This document shows, one piece after another, positions 18,061 through 29,006 of a stretch of 64,000 bases of DNA. The DNA is from Hyphomicrobium sp. (lineage in GTDB: Bacteria > Pseudomonadota > Alphaproteobacteria > Rhizobiales > Hyphomicrobiaceae), in the NCBI GenBank assembly GCA_035687305.1, contig DASRYA010000181.1, forward strand, positions 7,527-71,526, given 5' to 3'. The notes under the pieces are model-generated. The model was given only the letters and a program-made list of their open reading frames with translations. It did not search any database and was not told where the DNA came from. How positions within the stretch are numbered: position 1 is the first letter of the stretch; the number at the start of each line of letters is the position of its first letter. Both the position numbers and the translations under genes were made by a program.

Positions 18061-20376
18061 ATGGAAAAGATCAACAATCGCATCGCAACGGAATTGGGTG
18101 TCGCCGCGCGCCAGGTGACGGCGGCGGTGGAGCTGCTCGACGAGGGCGCGACGGTCCCCTTCATCGCGCGCTATCGCAAAGAGAAGACCGGCGGCCTCGA
18201 CGATACGCAGTTGCGCAAGCTCGAAGAACGGCTCGGCTACCTGCGCGAGCTGGAAGATCGCCGCGCGAGCGTCCTCAAGACCATCGAAGGGCTCGGCAAA
18301 CTTACCCCGGAGCTGGCGCGCAGCATCGACGGCGCCGCCACCAAGATCGAGCTGGAAGACCTTTACGCACCCTTCAAGCCCAAGCGGCGCACCAAGGCGC
18401 AGATCGCGCGCGAGGCGGGACTCGAGCCGCTGACCGAAGCGCTGCTGAAGAACCCAAATCTCGATCCCGCAACGGAAGCCGCGAAGTTCATCGACGCGGA
18501 AAAAGGCGTCGAGAATGCCGCGGCGGCCCTCGAAGGCGCGCGCCATATTCTCATCGAGCGCATCGCGGAGACGCCCGCCGTGGTCGGCGGCCTGCGCGAA
18601 TGGCTGTGGAGCGAAGGCGAGCTGAAGTCCGCCGTGCGCAAAGGCAAGAAAGACGAGGGTGAGAAGTTCTCCGACTATTTCGAGTTCGGCCAGCGCATCA
18701 AGGATATTCCCTCGCACCGCGCCCTCGCGATGCTGCGCGGCCTCAACGAGGGCGTGCTGCAGCTCGATCTCGACGTCGCGCACGAGAGCGGCAGGCCGCA
18801 TCCGGCGGAGGGGCGCATCAGAACTGCGTTCGGCATCGCCGATCGCGGCCGCCCGGCCGATGCCTGGCTGGGCGATACTGTGCGCCACGCATGGGCGGAC
18901 AAGCTCTCCGGCACGACGCGCTCCAGCCTGCTGGTGCGCCTGAAGGAGCGCGCCGATGCGGAAGCCATCGGCGTCTTCTCGCGCAACCTGAAGGATCTGC
19001 TGCTGGCCGCACCGGCCGGGCCGCGCACGACCATGGGGCTCGATCCCGGCATCCGCACGGGCGTGAAGGTTGCCGTGGTCGATCGCACAGGCAAAGTCGT
19101 CGACACGACGACCATCTATCCCCACGAGCCGCGGCGCGACTGGCAGGGATCGCTCGCGAGCCTCGCGATGCTGTGCAAGAAGCACGGGGTCGAGATCGTC
19201 AGCATCGGTAACGGCACCGGCAGCCGCGAGACGGACAAGCTCGTCTCCGAGCTGATGGCGAAAATGCCGGACTTGAAGCTCACGAAGGCGATGGTTTCGG
19301 AAGCGGGCGCGTCGGTCTATTCCGCATCCGAGCTTGCGGCGAACGAGTTTCCCGATCTCGATGTCAGCCTGCGCGGCGCGGTATCGATCGCGCGGCGCCT
19401 CCAGGACCCGCTGGCCGAGCTGGTGAAGATCGAGCCCAAGGCCATCGGCGTCGGCCAGTATCAGCACGACGTCGACCAGGGCGGTCTCGCACGCTCGCTG
19501 GATGCGGTGGTGGAGGATTGCGTCAACTCCGTTGGCGTCGACGTCAACACGGCCTCGGCGCCGCTGCTGGCGCGTGTCTCCGGCCTCAACCGCGCGCTCG
19601 CCTCCAATATCGTGGCGTTCCGCGACGAGAACGGCGCCTTCAAGACGCGCACGGCGCTGAAGAAAGTGCCGCGCCTCGGCGCGAAAGCGTTCGAGCAGGC
19701 GGCGGGCTTCCTGCGCATCATGGACGGCAAGAACCCGCTCGATGCCTCGGCCGTGCACCCGGAGGCCTATATCGTCGTGGAGAAGATCGCCGAGGCGACG
19801 AAGCGCCCGCTCAAGTCGATGATCGGCGACCACGCATTCTTGCGGTCGCTGAGGCCGGCACAGTTTGCCGACGAAGCCTTCGGCGTTCCAACCATCACCG
19901 ACATTCTTTCCGAGCTGGAAAAGCCTGGACGCGATCCGCGCCCCGAGTTCAAGACGGCGACGTTCCAGGAGGGCGTCGAGACCATCTCCGACCTGAAGCC
20001 GGGGATGCTGCTCGAAGGCGTCGTCACCAACGTGGCGGCGTTCGGCGCGTTCGTCGACATCGGCGTGCACCAGGACGGGCTCGTGCACGTCTCCGAGCTG
20101 GCGGATCGCTTCGTCAAGGATCCGCACGAGGTGGTGAAGGCCGGCGACGTGGTGAAAGTGCGCGTGAAGGATGTCGACGTCGGCCGCAAGCGCATCGCGC
20201 TGACGATGAAATCCGGCGCGATCGACAGGGGCGCGGGCGAGCGCATGGTGTCGTCCCCGCCCGGATCGCGGGGCGGTGCACCCATCCCGCGCCAGTCCGG
20301 TCAGTCGGCGGGTGCGTCCGGCGAGAGCGCCCTCGCCGCCGCGTTGCGGCGCGCGCAGGAAAAGAACCGGGACTAG
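18061..20376 (+). CDS. tex: Tex RNA-binding transcriptional accessory protein
   Basis: [43 protein letters not shown]-terminal S1 domain. Confidence 0.95.
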   Translation: MEKINNRIATELGVAARQVTAAVELLDEGATVPFIARYRKEKTGGLDDTQLRKLEERLGYLRELEDRRASVLKTIEGLGKLTPELARSIDGAATKIELEDLYAPFKPKRRTKAQIAREAGLEPLTEALLKNPNLDPATEAAKFIDAEKGVENAAAALEGARHILIERIAETPAVVGGLREWLWSEGELKSAVRKGKKDEGEKFSDYFEFGQRIKDIPSHRALAMLRGLNEGVLQLDLDVAHESGRPHPAEGRIRTAFGIADRGRPADAWLGDTVRHAWADKLSGTTRSSLLVRLKERADAEAIGVFSRNLKDLLLAAPAGPRTTMGLDPGIRTGVKVAVVDRTGKVVDTTTIYPHEPRRDWQGSLASLAMLCKKHGVEIVSIGNGTGSRETDKLVSELMAKMPDLKLTKAMVSEAGASVYSASELAANEFPDLDVSLRGAVSIARRLQDPLAELVKIEPKAIGVGQYQHDVDQGGLARSLDAVVEDCVNSVGVDVNTASAPLLARVSGLNRALASNIVAFRDENGAFKTRTALKKVPRLGAKAFEQAAGFLRIMDGKNPLDASAVHPEAYIVVEKIAEATKRPLKSMIGDHAFLRSLRPAQFADEAFGVPTITDILSELEKPGRDPRPEFKTATFQEGVETISDLKPGMLLEGVVTNVAAFGAFVDIGVHQDGLVHVSELADRFVKDPHEVVKAGDVVKVRVKDVDVGRKRIALTMKSGAIDRGAGERMVSSPPGSRGGAPIPRQSGQSAGASGESALAAALRRAQEKNRD

Positions 20377-20477
20377 AGTGCTTCCGGAAAAGTGGGCACC
20401 GGTTTTCCGATAAGAAGCACGATCAAACAATGCTCTAGAGCCGTTCTGCGTTTCCGCCTGAACCGAAACGGCTCTGA
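20373..20477. repeat. CTAG-bounded palindromic intergenic repeat, copy 2 (modules rearranged)
   Basis: ctagagtgcttccggaaaagtgggcaccggttttccgataagaagcacg...tgctctag followed by agagccgtt...aacggctct hairpin; matches 7131-7235. Confidence 0.85.
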
Positions 20478-20581
20478 GTACGTTCCTGGAGGCGGCGCAT
20501 GGGACAGGCCCATGCTGACCTTGGAGCCGCCGACAGGATCGTGCGTACCCGGTCTGCGCGCCCTTGGCCGTGCGCGATGCC

Positions 20582-20971
20582 CTACGGGCTTTCCTTCTCC
20601 GTCGGAGCGGGCGGCGGCGGCAGGTCCGGCGGCAGCGGCACCTCGGGATCGCCGATCATCCAGTCGCGACGCAGCGCGGCGCTGACCAGCAGCATCAGCG
20701 TGATGGGCGTCGTGATGGTGACGAAGATGGCGATCAGCACCTCGTGTACGGCGGGCCGCGACTGCAGCACCGAGAAATAGAGCATCGATGCCAGCAGCAC
20801 GCAGCCGATGCCCAGCGTCGTCCCGAGCGTCGGCGGATGCACGCGCGCATAGAAGTTCTTGAGGCGCAGAAGACCGATCGTCCCGATGAGCGTCAGCGCT
20901 GCGCCGGTCAGCACGAGGACGGAGGTGAGGATCGCGGCCCAGGCGGGCAGGTCTTCGGGAACGGTCATCAT
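20582..20971 (-). CDS. phaG: Mrp/Pha antiporter subunit G
   Basis: GTIGLLRLKNFYARVHPPT, TTPIT motifs; position in operon. Confidence 0.88.
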   Translation of the reverse strand: MMTVPEDLPAWAAILTSVLVLTGAALTLIGTIGLLRLKNFYARVHPPTLGTTLGIGCVLLASMLYFSVLQSRPAVHEVLIAIFVTITTPITLMLLVSAALRRDWMIGDPEVPLPPDLPPPPAPTEKESP

Positions 20972-21252
20972 TCGATCGGCTCCCCGCGCATGAGGAATTT
21001 CGCGAGCGCCGCCGTCGACACGAAGCCGAGCAGCGCGATCACCAGCGCGGCCTCGAAGTATCCGGTGTCTTTGGTCTCGATGCCGTAGATGATGATGAGG
21101 ATCATGCTCGACACGTAGAAGGCGTCGAGCGCGAGCACGCGGTCCTGCGCGCGCGGGCCGCGCAGCATCCGGAACGCGGCGCATGCCATCGCCAGAACCA
21201 CGGTGATTTCGGCGATGGCGACGGACCACGTGAGAATCTCGTGGGCGCTCAT
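20968..21252 (-). CDS. phaF: Mrp/Pha antiporter subunit F
   Basis: RGPRAQDRVLALD, LLGFVSTAALAKFL. Confidence 0.88.
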   Translation of the reverse strand: MSAHEILTWSVAIAEITVVLAMACAAFRMLRGPRAQDRVLALDAFYVSSMILIIIYGIETKDTGYFEAALVIALLGFVSTAALAKFLMRGEPIE

Positions 21253-21734
21253 TCGAAGATCTCCAGCAACAGCCGCTCGTAGCGATTTTTGATGAGGTCG
21301 GTCCAGGCGTCCTCGTCGATGAGGTCGAGGACGTGAAGCAGGAGCGTGCTCTTCGCGCTGTCGAAATTGACCCATACGGTGCCGGGCGTCGACGTCACGA
21401 TGCAGGCGAGGATGGCGAGCGCGTACTCGTTGCGCAGCTCCAGCTCGACGGTCAGGAAGCCCGACTGTGCCTTCCGGGTCGGCGAGAGCACGATCTGCAC
21501 CACCGCGATGTTCGAGCGGATGATGTCGATCAGTACGATGTACGCGAGCCTGAACATCGCCCATGGATTGCGCACGCGCCCCGACGGCATCTGCAGCGTC
21601 GAGATGGCAAAACCGCCGGCGATCCCCACCATGGCGGCGAGCACGATGTTGCCCGGCGACAGCGACTGGTTGAGCAGCAGCCACATGACGAACAGGAACG
21701 CCGACAGGAGCGGATAGGGCATCACGCGTGTCAT
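21249..21734 (-). CDS. phaE: Mrp/Pha antiporter subunit E
   Basis: DIIRSN, TSTPGT, LLHVLD, RYERLLLEIF. Confidence 0.88.
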   Translation of the reverse strand: MTRVMPYPLLSAFLFVMWLLLNQSLSPGNIVLAAMVGIAGGFAISTLQMPSGRVRNPWAMFRLAYIVLIDIIRSNIAVVQIVLSPTRKAQSGFLTVELELRNEYALAILACIVTSTPGTVWVNFDSAKSTLLLHVLDLIDEDAWTDLIKNRYERLLLEIFE

Positions 21735-23449
21735 GGCTGCCCTCCCCGCTCAGGCGCGGTCCCGTTGCCATCTACCTTCGCGGGCGCGGGGCTCGTCGCC
21801 TGCCCTTCTCCCGTAGCCTGCCCCTGCGGCTTCACCCGCTTCGTCGACAGAACGCCGCGCACGTAGGCCTCCGGCGCGTGCAGGCTTTCCGCCGTCGCGT
21901 GCATGTAGCGCGAGACCGGCCCGGCCTGCACCGTGAGCGTGGCGGAGATGAGCAGCAGCGCGACGATGGGCACCACCTCGAGGAAGCGCACCGTCGGCAC
22001 GGTGCTTTCGAGCGGCACCCAGAACACGCGGATGCCGGCACGCATCATCGCGATCATCACCGCGAACCCGGAGAGCAGCAGCATGGCGAGCAGCGTCCAG
22101 CTCACCGGCCCGATCGTGGTGCTGGCCGCCTCCGCATCAGTCGGGAACAGCGCGTTCATCATCAGGAACTTGGCGATGAAGCCCGTGAGCGGCGGCAGCC
22201 CCGCGAGCAGCAGCGCGCACGCCGCAAAGCCGATGCCGAGGATGGCCATCGTCGCGGGGATCGCAATGCCGACCGGGTCGGCCCCGTCCTTCTCGTCCTC
22301 CTCCTCATCGCCCAGTGCCTCGACCGTCACCGCCAGCACGTCGGCGCCGGGGATACGGCCTCGCTCGATCAGATCGATGAGCAGGAAGAAGGCGCACACC
22401 GCCAGCGTGGAGCTTACGAGATAGAAGAGCGCGCCTCCCGTCACGCCCACGCTGCCGACCGCGATGGCCGCCAGCAGCGTGCCGGAGGAGACGAGCAGGT
22501 TGAACGAGGCAAGCCGCGGCAGGTCCTGCGCCGCGAGCAGACCGATCGCGCCGAACGCGACCGTGACGATGCCGCCGATCAGCAGCCAGTTGCCGCCGAA
22601 ATAGGCCGACGCCCCCGCCTCGACACCGAACACCATGGGCCACAGGCGCAGGATCACGTAGACGCCGACCTTGGTCATGATCGAGAAGACGGCCGCCACC
22701 GGCGGCACGGCCGCGGCGTAGGCGCCCGGCAGCCAGAAGCACAGCGGCCACATGCCCGCCTTGACGAGAAACGCGACGCCGAGGATCGCGGCGCCCGCCT
22801 CGAGCAGCATGCGCTCGCTATCGCCGAGACCGGGCACGCGGGCGGCGATATCGGCCATGTTGAGCGTGCCGGCCGCGCCATAGATGAGGCTCGCGCCGAT
22901 CAGGAACAGGGTCGAGGCGACGAGGTTGACGGCGATGTAATGCAGGCCCGCCTTGACGCGCGGCGTCCCCGAGCCGTGCAGCACGAGGCCGTAGGACGCG
23001 GCCAGCAGCACCTCGAAGAACACGAACAGGTTGAACAGGTCTCCGGTGAGGAACGCACCGTTGAGACCCGCCAGCAGGAACTGCAGCAGCGCGTGGAAAT
23101 GCAGGCCCACCCGGTGCCAACGCGCGATGGAGAACAACAGCCCGGCGAACGTCACGACACCCGCGAGCGTCAGCATCAGGGCCGATAGCCGGTCCACCAC
23201 CAGCACGATGCCGAAGGGCGCTGGCCAGTTCGCCAGCAGATAGACGCTGATCGATTCCGCAGATCCCGGTGGCTGGGAGTTGGCGAAGTTGAGCAGCGTC
23301 ACCGCGAAGATGATCGTGACGAGCGTCGAGATGACGGCGATCGTCGCCTTGATGTTGCGGCGGCGTTCCCCCAGCGCAACCATCAGCGCGGCCGTTGCGA
23401 GCGGCAGCAGGATCGGCGCGATGGCGAGGTGATTGATGAGCTCGTTCAC
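21731..23449 (-). CDS. phaD: Mrp/Pha antiporter subunit D
   Basis: WPAPFGIVLVVDRLS, GDLFNLFVFFE, WLPGAY, TKVG. Confidence 0.9.
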   Translation of the reverse strand: MNELINHLAIAPILLPLATAALMVALGERRRNIKATIAVISTLVTIIFAVTLLNFANSQPPGSAESISVYLLANWPAPFGIVLVVDRLSALMLTLAGVVTFAGLLFSIARWHRVGLHFHALLQFLLAGLNGAFLTGDLFNLFVFFEVLLAASYGLVLHGSGTPRVKAGLHYIAVNLVASTLFLIGASLIYGAAGTLNMADIAARVPGLGDSERMLLEAGAAILGVAFLVKAGMWPLCFWLPGAYAAAVPPVAAVFSIMTKVGVYVILRLWPMVFGVEAGASAYFGGNWLLIGGIVTVAFGAIGLLAAQDLPRLASFNLLVSSGTLLAAIAVGSVGVTGGALFYLVSSTLAVCAFFLLIDLIERGRIPGADVLAVTVEALGDEEEDEKDGADPVGIAIPATMAILGIGFAACALLLAGLPPLTGFIAKFLMMNALFPTDAEAASTTIGPVSWTLLAMLLLSGFAVMIAMMRAGIRVFWVPLESTVPTVRFLEVVPIVALLLISATLTVQAGPVSRYMHATAESLHAPEAYVRGVLSTKRVKPQGQATGEGQATSPAPAKVDGNGTAPERGGQP

Positions 23450-23451
23450 GG

Positions 23452-23790
23452 TCAGAACTCCCGCCCATCGACGTGGTCATTGCGCGCCAGGCCACGGGCG
23501 GCGAGCAGAACCACCAGGAACAGCGCCGTCATGGCGAAGGTGATCACGATCGCGGTGAGCACCAGCGCCTGCGGCACGGGATCGGTGTGGTTGGCGAGCG
23601 TCTCGGGCAAACCGTCCTTCAGGATCGGCGGCGCCGCCGTGCGCAGCCTTCCCATCGAGAAGATGAAGAGGTTCACCGCATAGGACAGCAGCGACAAGCC
23701 GATCAGCACCTGATAGGTGCGCGAGCGAAGGATCAGCCACACGCCGGAGCTCGTCAGCGCACCGATGCTGAGGGCGAGGATGATTTCCAT
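23452..23790 (-). CDS. phaC: Mrp/Pha antiporter subunit C
   Basis: DPVPQALVLTAIVI motif; start MEIILALSIG. Confidence 0.9.
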   Translation of the reverse strand: MEIILALSIGALTSSGVWLILRSRTYQVLIGLSLLSYAVNLFIFSMGRLRTAAPPILKDGLPETLANHTDPVPQALVLTAIVITFAMTALFLVVLLAARGLARNDHVDGREF

Positions 23791-26684
23791 TACGCGGCCT
23801 CCTCCGTCAGAACCGCCGGCTTCGGCTTGCGATGGGTACGAATGGATTGGTGCGCCAGGGCGATGAGCACCAGCACCGTGGCCCCCAGCACGATGGCGAG
23901 AACGCCGAGATCGAACAACAGGACGCTCGACAGGTGCACGTCCCCGATCAGCGGCACATGCACGTCCGTCATCATCGAGGTGAGGAAGGGATAGCCGAAC
24001 AGCCAAGCCCCGGTGCCCGCGGCCAGTGCGAATGCAAATCCAACCGCCATCCAACGCAGCGGGAACACGCGGATACGGTCTTCGACCCAGGCCGCGCCGC
24101 CGCCCATGTATTGCAGGATGATGGCGACCGCGAGGGTCAGACCGGCGACGAAGCCGCCCCCGGGGAAGTCGTGTCCGCGCAGGAACAGATAGATCCCGAG
24201 CGTGCCGATCACCGGGAACAGCAGCCGCATGATCACCGACGGTATGCGCAGATAGTCGGCAATGGTTTCGCCTGGGCGCCGGTCCGGATGCTCGATGTCG
24301 AAGGCTTCCTGGATGCGCTTCTGCTCCGGCGCGCCGATGCTTTCCGGCGCGGGACGGAACCGGCGCAACAGTGCGAAGACCGACAGCGCCACGATGCAGA
24401 GCACCGTGATCTCGCCCATGGTGTCGAAGCCGCGGAAGTCGACGAGGATGACGTTGACGACGTTATGGCCGCCGCCGTCGGTGTAGGAGCGGCTGAGGAA
24501 GTATTGGGCGATGGTCGTTTCCGGATGCTCGCGGGTCATCACGGCGAAGGCGACGAACGCAAGTCCCGCTCCGACGACGATCGCGAGGGTCAGATCGACA
24601 TACCGGCGCATCAGCATCGAGGAATCCGTCTTCAGCAACCCCTCGTCCCGCTTCGGCAGCCAGCGTAGTCCGAGCAGGATCAGCACCGTCGTCACGATCT
24701 CGACGAGGAGCTGCGTCAGCGCCAGATCGGGCGCCGAGAGGTAGATGAAGGTGATGCAGGTCGCGAGCCCGGCACCGCTCATGAAGATGAGCGCGGCAAG
24801 ACGGTGGAATTTCGCCTGGTAAGCAGTCGCCACGGCGCACACCGTGCCGATGATCCACACGAACGCGAACGCGAGGTCAATAGGCGTGAGCCGCGGATTG
24901 ACCGGCATCAGCGCTTCACCGACCAGCGGAAGCAGCCCGGCGATGAACGCGACGCAGACCAGCGTCCGCAACTGCGGCTGGAGCTGACGGGTGCCGAAGA
25001 TACGCATCAGCGCCCGTGCCGCGACGCCGATGACGTCGGACGGGACCTGCTCGCCGCGGCTGAGCCAGGGCAGCTTGAGCGCATTGAGGTTGAATCGCTT
25101 CAAGAGCGCATAGACGCCGACGCCGCCCGCCAGCGCCACGACGCTCATGAGGAACGGCAGCGTGAAGCCGTGCCAGACCGCGAGGTTGAATTTCGGTGCG
25201 CTCGCGCCGAGGACAGAGGCTACCGCCACGTCGAGGAACGGCCCGATCGTGATGCCCGGCACGATGCCGACGACGAGGCAGACCACGACGAGAATTTCGA
25301 TGGGCAGGCGCATCCAGTGCGGCGGTTCTTCCGGCGTGTGCGGCAGGTTGGTGGGCGGCGGCCCGAAGAAAACCTCGCGGATGAAGCGCAGCGAGTAGGC
25401 GACGCTGAAGGCTGCCGCGAGCGTGGCGAAGTACGGCAGCAGGGTATCGAGGAACGAGCCGTCGTGGATCTCGATCGTCTCGGCGAAGAACATCTCCTTC
25501 GACAGGAAGCCGTTGAGCAGCGGAACGCCCGCCATCGCCGCCGCGGCCACCATGGCGAGGGTCGCCGTCACCGGCATGAAGTGATAGAGCCCGCTCAGCT
25601 TGCGGATATCCCGGGTGCCGGTTTCGTGGTCGATGATGCCCACCGCCATGAACAGCGAGGCTTTGAACGTCGCGTGGTTCATCAGGTGGAAGATCGCAGC
25701 CACCGTTGCCAGCGGGGAATCCATGCCCAGCAGCAGCGTCGTGAGACCCAGGTGGCTGATGGTCGAATAGGCGAGCACGCCCTTGAGGTCGTTCTGGAAC
25801 ATGGCGAGGAACGCCCCCAGAACGAAGGTGATGAGCCCCGTGGTGCCCACGATCCAGAGCCAGGATTCCGTGCCGGAGAGCACCGGCCACAGGCGCACGA
25901 GCAGAAAGATGCCCGCCTTCACCATGGTTGCCGAATGCAGGTAGGCGGACACGGGCGTCGGCGCCGCCATGGCGCGCGGCAGCCAGAACTGAAACGGAAA
26001 CTGCGCGCTCTTCGTGAACGCACCGAGCAGGATGAGGATGAGCGCGGGCAGGTAAAGCGGGCTCGCGCGCACCGTGATGCCTGCAGCGAGGACTTTGTCG
26101 AGATCGTAGCTGCCGACGATGTACCCGAGCACGATCACGCCGCCGAACAGGCAAAGGCCGCCGGCCGCCGTGACCATCAGCGCGAGCCGCGCGCCCGCGC
26201 GGGCGGCGGCATCGTGCTGCCAGTAAGCGATGAGGAGAAACGAGAAGAAGCTCGTCATCTCCCAGAAGAAGACCATCTGGATCAGGTTGCCCGACAAAAC
26301 GATGCCGAGCATGCAGCCCATGAAAGCCAGCAGGAACGAGAAAAAGCGCGGGACCGGATCCTCCGGCGACATGTAATACCGCGCATAGAGAAAGACGAGG
26401 CCGCCGATGCCCGAGACGAGCAGCGCAAAGACCCAGGCAAAACCGTCCAGCCGCAGGATGAAGGAGAGGCCTGCTTCCGGCAGCCACGCCCATTCGGCAC
26501 GGACGACGCCGCCGTCGGCGACCGACGTATAGAAGAGGCTGAGGACGCCGACCTCGGTCAGCGCGATGGCACCCGCCAGCCATGCCTCGAGATTGCGGGC
26601 ATTGGTCGGAAGCAAGGCGGCGACGAGGCTGCCGAGGAACGGAATCGCGAGAGCGAGGAGGAGCAGCGACTCATTTGACATCAT
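23790..26684 (-). CDS. phaA: Mrp/Pha antiporter fused subunit A/B
   Basis: TKSAQFPF, AMAAPTPVSAYLHSATMVKAG, DFRGFDTMGE, GHDFPGGGF. Confidence 0.93.
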   Translation of the reverse strand: MMSNESLLLLALAIPFLGSLVAALLPTNARNLEAWLAGAIALTEVGVLSLFYTSVADGGVVRAEWAWLPEAGLSFILRLDGFAWVFALLVSGIGGLVFLYARYYMSPEDPVPRFFSFLLAFMGCMLGIVLSGNLIQMVFFWEMTSFFSFLLIAYWQHDAAARAGARLALMVTAAGGLCLFGGVIVLGYIVGSYDLDKVLAAGITVRASPLYLPALILILLGAFTKSAQFPFQFWLPRAMAAPTPVSAYLHSATMVKAGIFLLVRLWPVLSGTESWLWIVGTTGLITFVLGAFLAMFQNDLKGVLAYSTISHLGLTTLLLGMDSPLATVAAIFHLMNHATFKASLFMAVGIIDHETGTRDIRKLSGLYHFMPVTATLAMVAAAAMAGVPLLNGFLSKEMFFAETIEIHDGSFLDTLLPYFATLAAAFSVAYSLRFIREVFFGPPPTNLPHTPEEPPHWMRLPIEILVVVCLVVGIVPGITIGPFLDVAVASVLGASAPKFNLAVWHGFTLPFLMSVVALAGGVGVYALLKRFNLNALKLPWLSRGEQVPSDVIGVAARALMRIFGTRQLQPQLRTLVCVAFIAGLLPLVGEALMPVNPRLTPIDLAFAFVWIIGTVCAVATAYQAKFHRLAALIFMSGAGLATCITFIYLSAPDLALTQLLVEIVTTVLILLGLRWLPKRDEGLLKTDSSMLMRRYVDLTLAIVVGAGLAFVAFAVMTREHPETTIAQYFLSRSYTDGGGHNVVNVILVDFRGFDTMGEITVLCIVALSVFALLRRFRPAPESIGAPEQKRIQEAFDIEHPDRRPGETIADYLRIPSVIMRLLFPVIGTLGIYLFLRGHDFPGGGFVAGLTLAVAIILQYMGGGAAWVEDRIRVFPLRWMAVGFAFALAAGTGAWLFGYPFLTSMMTDVHVPLIGDVHLSSVLLFDLGVLAIVLGATVLVLIALAHQSIRTHRKPKPAVLTEEAA

Positions 26685-27417
26685 CTCTCAGCGATCACCT
26701 TCTCCCTGTTGCCCAAATTTCAGCCTCGCCGCCACGCGCTGAGCATAGATCTGGCGCCGCAGAAGGACGCCGCGTCCAGCATACCTGCGTAGAGCCTCGA
26801 GATTGCAGTTGATTCTCGGTGTGACGAGGCCGCTCCACCGGCAGACTCGCGCCTCACCCATGGAATCGTAGCCGACCAGACGGCGGTTCAATGGTCAACC
26901 CGATTCCGGCGGAACCGCGTCATCCAAATGTGTACATGCGCCGACCTGCCGCAGCGCTGCGGGAGATGGCGCGCCGCTGCGGCCGTTCGAGCGGCTGAAC
27001 GTAGGGCAAATCCAAACGGGATGGAAACCGGCTTCGCGGTGGGCTTCAGCGGATCCGGTTGAAGCGGTAGACGATCCCGTTGCTTGCCGTGCCGACAATG
27101 GGATCGAAGTCGAGCTGGAGAACCGGGCTGACGCCGGTCTCTGCCGCGCCCTCTTTGCGATAGTCCGCATCGCGCACGTCGCTGTGCCTGCCTGCCAGAA
27201 CCATCCGTCGCGCACCGCGACCTCGAACCCGCCGCGCCGACGAACCGGCTACCGGCGTTGTAACTTTATAGCCGTGCACCCGGGAGCGCCGCGCCGGTCT
27301 AGCGCCGCTCCACACCGCGCGGCGCGGGCCGGCGGCGCAAGGTTGGCTTTCGACAGCGCCCGCAAGTCTGCTATGAGGGGCCGCTTCGCTCAGCGCCGCC
27401 TCGGATGGCGCCGGGCT

Positions 27418-27493
27418 GGGCCCGTAGCTCAATGGTTAGAGCTGGCGGCTCATAACCGTCTGGTTCCAGGTTCGAATCCTGGCGGGCCCACCA
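27418..27493 (+). tRNA. tRNA with CAT anticodon, most likely tRNA-Ile2 (lysidine)
   Basis: GGGCCCG/CGGGCCC acceptor stem, D-arm TAGCTCAATGGTTAGAGC, anticodon loop CTCATAA, GGTTCGAATCC, encoded CCA; fully paired 1-72 argues against initiator; Ile2 versus elongator Met is an inference. Confidence 0.9.
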
Positions 27494-27606
27494 TTTCAGC
27501 TTGTGCGCAGTTGCCGCGCCGCCTCACGCACGACAGTTCCGGCTCGGGGGCCCTTGCCTCCTCCCAGCATCCTCGCGCCGCAACCCATTGCCTTGGATCG
27601 TTCCCG

Positions 27607-28206
27607 ATGGCGCCCCAGCGAACCGCCCTCATCGTGACCTGTCACCCGTCGCCGGTGAGCCGCTGCGCCGAGATCACGCGGCGCATCGCCGAGCTGCTGC
27701 GATCGGGTGGGCAGACCGTCATCATCGACGATCTCGTTGCCATGGATTTCGATCCGGTGATCTCGCTCCCCGAGCTGAAGCGCTATTACGGCGACGTCAT
27801 TCCAGCCGATGTCGCCGAGCTCGCCGCGCACCTCGCGCAGGCGACCGACCTCTATTACGTCCTGCCGCTGTGGATGTTCGACATGCCCGCGATCCTGAAG
27901 GGCTACTTCGAGCGCGTGTTCAGGCCAAACGTCGCATTCCGGTTCGCCGGTAACGACATCATCCCCATGCTCGCCCACGTCCGCCATCTCACCGTGGTCG
28001 TGACTCACGGGCGCAACAGGGAGGAAACCGCGCGCAGCGGCGATGCCACGCAGGCGTTCTTCAAAAAATCGCTGCCGAGCCTGCTGCCCAGTCTGAGGAC
28101 GAATACGCGCTTCGATTTCTACGACCTCGACGGTGCCGAAGAAGGCAGGCATGCCGCGGTGTACGATGCGCTGTGGCAGCACGTGCACGCCTGCGTCGGG
28201 AGGTGA
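27607..28206 (+). CDS. Flavodoxin-fold NAD(P)H oxidoreductase (quinone reductase/KefF-like)
   Basis: CHPSPVS, DDL..MDFDPVI, PLWMFDMPAILKGYFERVF. Confidence 0.85.
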   Translation: MAPQRTALIVTCHPSPVSRCAEITRRIAELLRSGGQTVIIDDLVAMDFDPVISLPELKRYYGDVIPADVAELAAHLAQATDLYYVLPLWMFDMPAILKGYFERVFRPNVAFRFAGNDIIPMLAHVRHLTVVVTHGRNREETARSGDATQAFFKKSLPSLLPSLRTNTRFDFYDLDGAEEGRHAAVYDALWQHVHACVGR

Positions 28207-28228
28207 AATCGCGCGCGGAAAGGCGTCC

Positions 28229-28987
28229 TCAGTCCGCGCGCCGGCGCAGAAGATACGTATCCATGATCCAGCCCTTTTCGGCACGCCGCGCGGCCCGGGT
28301 TTTGCGAATCTCATCGAGCACGTCGCGCACATGGCCGGCGATGAGGATCTCATCGGGCGTGCCGAGATAGGCACCCCAGAAAATGTCCACGTTCTGCCCC
28401 GCGAGCGCATCGAGGCCGGCGCCGCCATCGAGCAGCACGGCGATGGTATCGACGCCCTCCGGCATCCGCTCGGCGAGCCGTCGCCCCGTCGTGATCAGCA
28501 CCGGCTCCCCGATGGGGTTGAGCGGAATACGGTGCCGCGCGGTCAGCGCGTGCAGGCTGCTGATGCCGGGGATGACCTCGTATTCCGGAACGATGCCGTC
28601 GCGCGCAAGCTGCTCCACGATCCGCAGCGTGCTGTCGTAGAGCGATGGATCGCCCCAGACGAGAATGGCCGCGGTCTCATCATCGCCCACTGCGCCACGG
28701 ATCAGCGCGCTGAACGCTTCGCCCTTCGCCGCATGCCAGTCCGCCACGCCGGACTTGTATGACGCATTGTCGGCATCGCGCACGGGGCTCGGCGCTTCGA
28801 CCCAGCGCGGCGTTTTCGGTCCCGCAAAGCGCTCCACGATGTCTTTGCGCAACCGCGTGAGGTCGCTCTTGCGCGCGCCCTTATCGAGCACGAGCACGAC
28901 GTCGACGCCGCCGAGAGCGTTGATCGCCTCGATGGTCATGTAGTCGGGATTTCCGGCACCTATGCCGATGATGAAGAGTTTGCGCAT
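28229..28987 (-). CDS. cobF: Precorrin-6A synthase (deacetylating)
   Basis: IIGIGAGNPDYMT, LVWGDPSLYDST, ITTGRRL, WGAYLG, GWIMDTYLL. Confidence 0.93.
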   Translation of the reverse strand: MRKLFIIGIGAGNPDYMTIEAINALGGVDVVLVLDKGARKSDLTRLRKDIVERFAGPKTPRWVEAPSPVRDADNASYKSGVADWHAAKGEAFSALIRGAVGDDETAAILVWGDPSLYDSTLRIVEQLARDGIVPEYEVIPGISSLHALTARHRIPLNPIGEPVLITTGRRLAERMPEGVDTIAVLLDGGAGLDALAGQNVDIFWGAYLGTPDEILIAGHVRDVLDEIRKTRAARRAEKGWIMDTYLLRRRAD

Positions 28988-29006
28988 TGCTGCCGTCACC
29001 TGGACG

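Noticed and set aside
15313-20430. 1705 aa ORF suggesting a giant HrpB fusion
   Set aside because: The N-terminal half is the stop-free antisense frame of tex and begins inside the palindromic repeat; real HrpB starts at 17799
27607-28206. Flavodoxin-fold protein as the missing corrin reductase
   Set aside because: Convergent to cobF, not co-transcribed, and of the generic quinone-reductase type; proximity is the only evidence
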